From a virus (taxonomy: Duplodnaviria; Caudoviricetes), in the IMG/VR virus record IMGVR_UViG_3300044695_005922, positions 41 to 64,040 of that record: a stretch of DNA of 64,000 nucleotides, one strand, 5' to 3'. The notes beneath the pieces are model-generated. The model ran no database searches. It saw only the letters and a list, made by a program, of their open reading frames with translations, and was not told the DNA's origin. The translations under genes were made by a program, and so were the position numbers. Within the stretch, counting starts at the first letter, position 1. Each line of letters starts with the position of its first letter. Below, piece after piece: positions 57,890 to 64,000 of this stretch.

Positions 57890-58182
57890 TGACATATATC
57901 AATTGGCCACACGGTAATGAGACATTAGCGGAGCACCTAAATCGTTTCTCGAAATATTTGTATCGAAAACGGAAACACGATTCAGGGAATTTGGGTGCAA
58001 TGATGTATGGGTTGTATTTACATTACAACACACAAACTGGTGAAGTCAGTGAGTTATATGCTGATTTGAATAAACCGTGGAAAGTTCGAAAGAATAATTA
58101 CTGTATTGGTGAACTGGAACAACTCGCCAAAGGATTGATTGACAGAGTACAAAATAGTTTAAATATAACGGCAGAAAAATAA
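57889..58182 (+). CDS. Hypothetical protein
   Basis: TAATG overlap. Confidence 0.55.
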   Translation: MTYINWPHGNETLAEHLNRFSKYLYRKRKHDSGNLGAMMYGLYLHYNTQTGEVSELYADLNKPWKVRKNNYCIGELEQLAKGLIDRVQNSLNITAEK

Positions 58183-58218
58183 AAAATCCCCCGTCAGAGT
58201 TGGCGGGGGATTTTCTTT
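58183..58218 (+). terminator. Intrinsic terminator (possibly bidirectional)
   Basis: AAAATCCCCCGTCA-GAGT-TGGCGGGGGATTTT. Confidence 0.85.
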
Positions 58219-58226
58219 ACATTTGT

Positions 58227-58236
58227 ACTATTTATC
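58227..58236 (+). promoter_or_regulatory. ACTATTTAT motif
   Basis: About 26 nt before ATG 58262. Confidence 0.5.
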
Positions 58237-58261
58237 TATTGGACTCTTTTCAGGAACCATT

Positions 58262-59629
58262 ATGACAATACAGTACAAAATAGACCAAATGCCATCATTA
58301 CTACCAGATGCATTGAATAATATGAATGAGCATGGTAGAGGTGGGTGGGAATTAATACACTTATACAATAATTTGGGTGTATTCAAATCTGGATTGGGAG
58401 GAACTATCACCAGTGGTTCGACTAATGTATCCGTGGATGCATTCGGGCGTCAACGAGTGGCAGACACATTCACTCTTGGTGATTACAAACATTTATATTC
58501 AATTGATTATAATTTCCTAAATTATTTTGTTAGTGGTGGTAGTTTAACCCACAACGCCAACCAAGCACTCGTTGTATTACAAACTAGCGCAAGTGCTGCA
58601 AGTAGGACAATTCATCAAACGAAAATGTATCACAATTACATGCCTGGCAAAAGTCAATTGGTGTTGTCTAGTTTTAATTTTAAAGCAGCACAACCTGGTG
58701 TTATCAAACGTACTGGATACTTTGATGATTATAATGGTATCTTTTTTGAACAAGATGCCACGGGAAGTTTAAATTGGGTAATTCGTTCTGCAACCAACGG
58801 CACGGGTTCTATTCAAGAAAATAGAATTCGTCAAGAAAATTGGAATGTTAATACGGCAAATGCTCCTGAGTTTACCTTGGATATAACCAAAACACAATTA
58901 ATATGGATTGATTTCCAATGGTTGGCGGTTGGTCGTGTTCGTGTAGGATTTGTTCACCAAGGGTCATTCGTTTTATGTCATATGTTTGACCACAGTAATT
59001 ATACAGACAAACCATATATGTCCAACCCAAACCTCCCAGTTCGTTGTGAAATACGTAACACCACAACCGCAACAGGAAGTTTTGACCAGATTTGTTCTAG
59101 TGTGATGAGTGAAGGTGGATTCGTAGAATCGGGGACAACCTGGGGAATCACAAGCCCAAACTTACGAACTATCACCAGTGCATCATCTGTACCAATAATA
59201 TCCATCAGATTAAAGAATAGTTATAACAATCTCCAAAATCGTGCATTCGTTCGTATTGATAATATGAGTGTATTCACCAAAGATCAAACAGTGAAATATA
59301 GAATGGTCAAACTACCAAGCTCTGCATCACTCACTGGTGGTAGTTGGGTATCGGTGAATGCTGACTCAACCGTGGAATACAACGCAACCGCAACCGCAAT
59401 CTCTGGTAGTGGACAAGAACTTCTTAATGGATTCGTGTTCGCCGGCGGCATTGGTGTTGGTAATGCAATCGCTGGTCAAGGGCAAGTCACTGGTGTTGCT
59501 ACAAAAAATAATTATATCGCACAAAATTACGATAGTAACGATAGTGAAATTTACTCATTGGTGGTTACCAATATGACTGCAACCTCAACTGATGTAGGTG
59601 GGGCTACAACTTGGAGAGAGGTAACATAA
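58262..59629 (+). CDS. Putative virion structural protein, beta-rich, DUF4177-like N-terminus
   Basis: QYK..LNN..GRGGWELI; DAFGRQRV; YMPGKS; DFQWLAVGRVRVGF; C-terminal WREV. Confidence 0.6.
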   Translation: MTIQYKIDQMPSLLPDALNNMNEHGRGGWELIHLYNNLGVFKSGLGGTITSGSTNVSVDAFGRQRVADTFTLGDYKHLYSIDYNFLNYFVSGGSLTHNANQALVVLQTSASAASRTIHQTKMYHNYMPGKSQLVLSSFNFKAAQPGVIKRTGYFDDYNGIFFEQDATGSLNWVIRSATNGTGSIQENRIRQENWNVNTANAPEFTLDITKTQLIWIDFQWLAVGRVRVGFVHQGSFVLCHMFDHSNYTDKPYMSNPNLPVRCEIRNTTTATGSFDQICSSVMSEGGFVESGTTWGITSPNLRTITSASSVPIISIRLKNSYNNLQNRAFVRIDNMSVFTKDQTVKYRMVKLPSSASLTGGSWVSVNADSTVEYNATATAISGSGQELLNGFVFAGGIGVGNAIAGQGQVTGVATKNNYIAQNYDSNDSEIYSLVVTNMTATSTDVGGATTWREVT

Positions 59630-59687
59630 TATATTTATTTTAATAAATACTATTTAATACAATTGTAACATTAATGGAATCCTAATG

Positions 59688-59726
59688 TACGGGGACTTGT
59701 CTTATGATGAGTCCCCGTATTATATT
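59688..59726 (+). promoter_or_regulatory. Hairpin overlapping a sigma70-like promoter
   Basis: TACGGGGACT/AGTCCCCGTA 10-bp stem; TTGTCT N18 TATATT. Confidence 0.6.
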
Positions 59727-59769
59727 ACAGAGTATGAAGTTCACGACCAACTACACTCTCTGAGGAATT

Positions 59770-60918
59770 ATGACCACTCTTGTAAAGGTTCTGGATAATC
59801 TGACGGCGGTTGACCAGCATGGTAATGACATGACTGTTGATATTCCGCTCCACGCCCGAAAGCGAGCCAACGCAAACGGTACTGCACTCCGTATGTTGAA
59901 CACCAAGACTGGTCGTACGCAGTGGCGTGATACTGATATGGCAGACTACGATGCTCTCCGCAAGACTGCGGTTCCCTCCAAGAAGGTAGAGAATGTGAAA
60001 AATGAACTGGAAAGTGATGTGGTAGAGTTTTTGAAGAACTGTGAAACTCTCAAGCCCTCGCATCTGATTATGGATTCGTTGAAGTGGCGATATTTGATGC
60101 GTTCGGTACTTCGTGGTAAGAACATTATGATGACTGGTCCTTCTGGTTGTGGTAAGACCCTCGCCGCACAGACTATCGCAAACGTGCTGGATGGCCGGCG
60201 GTTCTATTACTTCAATCTCGGTGCTACACAGGATCCCCGTTCCACGCTTATCGGTAATACCCATTTCAGCAAGGACAAGGGTACGTTCGTGGCTGAGGCT
60301 CTGTTCGTCAAGGCAATTCAGGATGACAACGCCATCATTCTTCTTGACGAGTTGACGCGTGGACACGCTGACGCCTGGAACATTCTGATGACGGTTCTTG
60401 ATGAGAACCAGCGTTACCTTCGCATTGATGAGATGCCAGACACACCGACGATTAAGGTGGCGAGGGGTGTAACGTTTATCGCTACGGCAAACATCGGTAG
60501 TGAGTACACCGCAACTCGTGTCCTTGACCGAGCGATGATGGACCGATTTGCTTCGGTGGTCGAGATGGAACCGCTTAACAGGGAAGATGAGCTTTCTCTT
60601 CTCACGATGACGTATCCAGAGGTTAATCCCGCTGCACTTCGTGCAATCGCAGAGATTGCAGACCACACTCGTACGCAGGTTCGTAGCGAAGATCCAAAGG
60701 TTACTACTTCTATCTCGTCCCGTATGACGGTTGAGATGGCTGGTCTGTTGAATGATGGGTTCACTCTCGCAGAGGCTGCTGAGGCGTGTGTCTATCCCTT
60801 CTTCTCTCCCGCTGGTGGTAATGATTCGGAACGCACGTACATGCGGCAGGTGGTGCAGAAGTACTTTGTGGACCCCACCATTACCGCTAACGTACCGTGG
60901 GAGCAAGCTCCCTTCTAA
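59770..60918 (+). CDS. MoxR-type AAA+ ATPase (CobS/CbbQ/NorQ-like)
   Basis: GPSGCGKT, LLDELTR, FIATANIG.EY..LDRAMMDRF, ISSR. Confidence 0.9.
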   Translation: MTTLVKVLDNLTAVDQHGNDMTVDIPLHARKRANANGTALRMLNTKTGRTQWRDTDMADYDALRKTAVPSKKVENVKNELESDVVEFLKNCETLKPSHLIMDSLKWRYLMRSVLRGKNIMMTGPSGCGKTLAAQTIANVLDGRRFYYFNLGATQDPRSTLIGNTHFSKDKGTFVAEALFVKAIQDDNAIILLDELTRGHADAWNILMTVLDENQRYLRIDEMPDTPTIKVARGVTFIATANIGSEYTATRVLDRAMMDRFASVVEMEPLNREDELSLLTMTYPEVNPAALRAIAEIADHTRTQVRSEDPKVTTSISSRMTVEMAGLLNDGFTLAEAAEACVYPFFSPAGGNDSERTYMRQVVQKYFVDPTITANVPWEQAPF

Positions 60919-60943
60919 CATTTAAGGGAAACGTGATAGTGGG

Positions 60944-60979
60944 TACGCCTGTTACTACGGTAACGGGCGTATTTCCGTT
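60944..60979 (+). terminator. Intrinsic terminator with UNCG loop
   Basis: TACGCCTGTTAC-TACG-GTAACGGGCGTA then TTTCCGTT. Confidence 0.7.
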
Positions 60980-61021
60980 CGTTTGAGTATATGTATTGAA
61001 GTACAATGTAATGAGGTTATT

Positions 61022-61597
61022 ATGAATCCAAAGTATAATGTCACCATTCCTACCTTTATAAAAAATAAAATCCTAGATTTTGCACTACACTCTGGATTGG
61101 AATATTTTAAATATAACATGGACCCCCGAGCGGATGCTGCCAAGTGTAGCAGACGCTTTTGTATGCTTACCAATCATCCAGAACTGGAACTGTCACAAAT
61201 AGTATCTGCGTATAGAGAAATTGTATACGAGCAAATCGGTGTCTCTAATATTTTACCCGAACCACAGTTTGGAAATTTTATCGGTGTCAACTTAACAGGT
61301 GGTAGTGTGCATGAACACCAAGACAGTCGTGACAGTAATGGGAATATCCATTTACGATTTAATTTCATGATACAGAAACCAGATATCGGTGGTAATCCAA
61401 TTATTGATGGAAAAGAATATTGGGTTGATGAAGGTGAATGTTGGATGAACTACGCATCGGAATGGTTGCACGGTTCTACCCCTGTTGTTGGTAACCGACC
61501 CAGGGTGGTATTAAGTTTAGGCGCATGTGTGCCGGAACATGTTGTTAAAGAAAAAATTTCAAAGAAAATTGGATGGATGCATCCGGAGGGTAGATAA
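61022..61597 (+). CDS. 2OG-Fe(II) oxygenase
   Basis: VHEHQD..RFN..GG..WLHGSTPV...RVVLS (HxD..H..RxxxS); GAGG before ATG 61022. Confidence 0.8.
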   Translation: MNPKYNVTIPTFIKNKILDFALHSGLEYFKYNMDPRADAAKCSRRFCMLTNHPELELSQIVSAYREIVYEQIGVSNILPEPQFGNFIGVNLTGGSVHEHQDSRDSNGNIHLRFNFMIQKPDIGGNPIIDGKEYWVDEGECWMNYASEWLHGSTPVVGNRPRVVLSLGACVPEHVVKEKISKKIGWMHPEGR

Positions 61598-62437
61598 ATG
61601 TTATTTCACGATATTGATTACAGTCGTATCTTACAACCACAAGAAGATGGTTACGACATAGATGTATTCACGAAGATTAAAAAGAACAATGGATATGTTC
61701 CTGTTGAGTATCCGTCGTCTATGACAAAGTTTCATGGAAAGGTTGCAATCGTTCCTCGTTCTGAACAAGATTATCGGACGATTAAAACCTTAGACTTTGA
61801 ATCGTTCGCTAACATTTATCAGCAAGTGTGGCCGTTGGGATATAATAATGTCCGTGGATTGGTAGATGTAATGGTTCCTAATCTTGAAGTAGGTCAGAAT
61901 TATAGTGGTCAACACGATGGTAATGAATTTGGTCATCCTGGGGCATGGGCAATTATGACTTCAATTGACCAGTACAATCCCGTTGCTGCGTTAGCTAATC
62001 TTGTGCACGAACTGATGCACTGGAAGTTGGTTGCGTTGGGATTTGGTACAGGAGCAAACACATTCTTTCCCACCACAGAAGAGTTTATTCTTAATCACGA
62101 AAGTGAATTGTGTTGGTCTATTGTAAACAGTTACGCCAACACGGCACAACCTGCGGTGGGTAACAAACCTACCAATCGTCCTGTGTCTGCCTCACTACAC
62201 GCCTACTTGTCATTTCTCGGGGTGGCACATACACATATTCATAATCTAAAATATGAACCAGACAACGGTGAGTCACGATACAAGGCTCAACTATGGGGGT
62301 CACGATTCGATAAGTGTCTTGATGAATTGTGGAAGGTGGGTAAGTTTACCCCGCAGGGTCAACGATTAATGTTGGGTGTGAGTAAGTGGACTGCTGATTT
62401 CTTTTATGATGCAAAACAAATAAAGCATTTATTCTGA
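61598..62437 (+). CDS. aKG-HExxH-like putative peptide beta-hydroxylase, copy 2
   Basis: NLVHELMHWKL, RPVSASLHAYLSF. Confidence 0.62.
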   Translation: MLFHDIDYSRILQPQEDGYDIDVFTKIKKNNGYVPVEYPSSMTKFHGKVAIVPRSEQDYRTIKTLDFESFANIYQQVWPLGYNNVRGLVDVMVPNLEVGQNYSGQHDGNEFGHPGAWAIMTSIDQYNPVAALANLVHELMHWKLVALGFGTGANTFFPTTEEFILNHESELCWSIVNSYANTAQPAVGNKPTNRPVSASLHAYLSFLGVAHTHIHNLKYEPDNGESRYKAQLWGSRFDKCLDELWKVGKFTPQGQRLMLGVSKWTADFFYDAKQIKHLF

Positions 62438-62438
62438 T

Positions 62439-62681
62439 ATGACAACCGTACTAATTATCACCACCGCTGCCGTATATGTTTTCCTTATCGGATATATTAT
62501 TCGTGACGCTGAAATTCAAAAATACAAATATACAACGGCCATACGTAATTTCGAACGTTGTGTATCTTGTAATACAATAATAGCTATTAATAAATCAACA
62601 CCAATAAAAGAACGATTGTATTATGTACAGGGGTCTGGTCAACTATGTAGAGATTGTCACGAAGAAGTATATCCTAAATAA
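62439..62681 (+). CDS. Membrane-anchored zinc-finger protein
   Basis: N-terminal TM; CVSC...GQLCRDC. Confidence 0.55.
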   Translation: MTTVLIITTAAVYVFLIGYIIRDAEIQKYKYTTAIRNFERCVSCNTIIAINKSTPIKERLYYVQGSGQLCRDCHEEVYPK

Positions 62682-62699
62682 ATCATATTTAATGTTCTC

Positions 62700-62728
62700 T
62701 TGACAAAGACTTAACAATGTAGTATATT
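62700..62728 (+). promoter_or_regulatory. sigma70-like promoter
   Basis: TTGACA-N17-TATATT, AAGGAG downstream. Confidence 0.75.
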
Positions 62729-62758
62729 TCAAGTAACCCTAACCGTAAGGAGAAACAA

Positions 62759-62965
62759 ATGCCCAAGGCGCCAGTGTTTAACCGTGGTGAGCAGGTTATT
62801 ATTAGTGAACCCGTGGATGATTTCTATGAGGGTAAGACAGGGGTAATCACTGAGGATGAGTATCGTGATTATATTGGTCAGTATGTATACTATGTTCGAT
62901 TGGATAACGATGGGTATGAAATGGAATTTACCGCTGACGAACTTATACTCGACGAGGATAATTAA
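62759..62965 (+). CDS. Small SH3/KOW-like early protein
   Basis: FNRGEQVII..GKTGVI..YYVRLD..FTADEL. Confidence 0.55.
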   Translation: MPKAPVFNRGEQVIISEPVDDFYEGKTGVITEDEYRDYIGQYVYYVRLDNDGYEMEFTADELILDEDN

Positions 62966-63374
62966 GTGAACGATGACAATATGGACGAACTGTGGGGACT
63001 GTTTGTATTTGGGTTTGGTCTGTTACTGATGGGTATTGGTAAGTGGTTTAAACGCCGTCACAAGGATTAATTATGGGTAAAACGTGGAAAGATAAAAACA
63101 AGTGGTCAAAGAAGCAAAACGATAAATCTGATAAGAAAGGTCAGAAAGATTACAAAGAATTGTATACCCACAAGAAGCCAAAGATTACCAAGTTTGAATG
63201 GTACGATGTAGATGGAAATCTATGAATATAATCATAGAGGTCGGTGATACATATAAACACACCTATTAATAGAGAATGTTATGTGGGCAATTGCTTGGTT
63301 AGTATCAATAGGAATTGGTTATTGGTTAGTATACTATCAATACCAACTCTGTAAGAAAGCGGAGCAAAAAGAGA

Positions 63375-63851
63375 ATGGACAAACAATATCGTGAAATGAT
63401 TAATACCCGACGATTGTATAAGTTCGAGGGTGAGTTCTTTTACCAACCGCAATATAAACCATTTACTAAACAATTACCTATTAGTACATTACGTACCTTG
63501 GGTCAAACTATCTGGGATAATGAGTCAAATGGAAAGTATTTAATTCCTGAAATACGATTTGGTAAAGGCATATATCATACACAAGCACGTGGGAAAAACT
63601 TTTATTATTCCTGGTGTGATCGGCAAACCATAGAGCTCGCGCCTACCCAACGAGATATGATAACCCTTATACATGAAATGGTCCACGCATTAGGATATGA
63701 TTATCATGATAGTAGATTCGTGGGGAAGTACATCTATCTCTTAAAGAAATATGCAGGCATATCTAAAAAAGAACTTATATTAGGTATGAAAGAATATAGT
63801 GTGGCATTACCCGTAAAGTATAGGAAGAGCTATCGGTCACACCAACAATAA
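63375..63851 (+). CDS. SprT-like zinc metalloprotein
   Basis: TLIHEMVHALG..H...F. Confidence 0.65.
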   Translation: MDKQYREMINTRRLYKFEGEFFYQPQYKPFTKQLPISTLRTLGQTIWDNESNGKYLIPEIRFGKGIYHTQARGKNFYYSWCDRQTIELAPTQRDMITLIHEMVHALGYDYHDSRFVGKYIYLLKKYAGISKKELILGMKEYSVALPVKYRKSYRSHQQ

Positions 63852-64000
63852 ATAATATAGATACAAGAGAGGTATAGACAAGCATCATGATAATAGTCAT
63901 GATGTTTTTGTCTTTATACCCTCTATTATACCAGAAAATACCTCATATCGTACCCTATATAGAGTAGGTCCGTTTTATCATTTTCTACAATCGTTTTATC

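Noticed and set aside
1-64000. The many minus-strand and nested ORFs in the track (e.g. 59725-60921, 26751-27383, 49759-50439)
   Set aside because: They are shadows of well-supported + strand genes and lack recognisable motifs or RBS.
1-64000. Stop-codon reassignment
   Set aside because: Conserved genes are full length in the standard code, and TAA, TAG and TGA all end genes.

Overview
This 64 kb window is a segment of a large, AT-rich tailed phage genome (T4-like/jumbo type). All credible genes are on the + strand, in the standard genetic code. It carries a replication module (family B DNA polymerase, ATP-dependent ligase, sliding clamp, clamp loader large and small subunits), nucleotide enzymes (dCMP deaminase, ThyX), two Mom-like GNAT genes and a DUF4338 gene, three or four free-standing homing endonucleases, a run of small early genes, a ~18 kb glycan-biosynthesis island and a split MoxR-AAA/VWA pair. 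The strongest leads are: (1) a possible RiPP-style protein-modification system: a collagen-containing protein ending in 12 His-Xaa-Asp repeats, two paralogous aKG-HExxH-like enzymes, a DUF483-like Cys-rich protein and several 2OG-Fe(II) oxygenases; (2) a form IV RuBisCO-like protein with a transaldolase-like protein, orphan RibB, a kinase, two nucleotidyltransferases, a HAD phosphatase and a cupin inside the glycan island, suggesting an undescribed ketose or branched-sugar pathway; (3) a 117-nt tRNA-like RNA with no canonical anticodon arm; (4) a kissing-loop RNA leader ahead of a GIY-YIG endonuclease; (5) composite terminator/promoter hairpins and repeated gene-junction sequences. All family calls come from motifs recognised by eye; no database searches were run.
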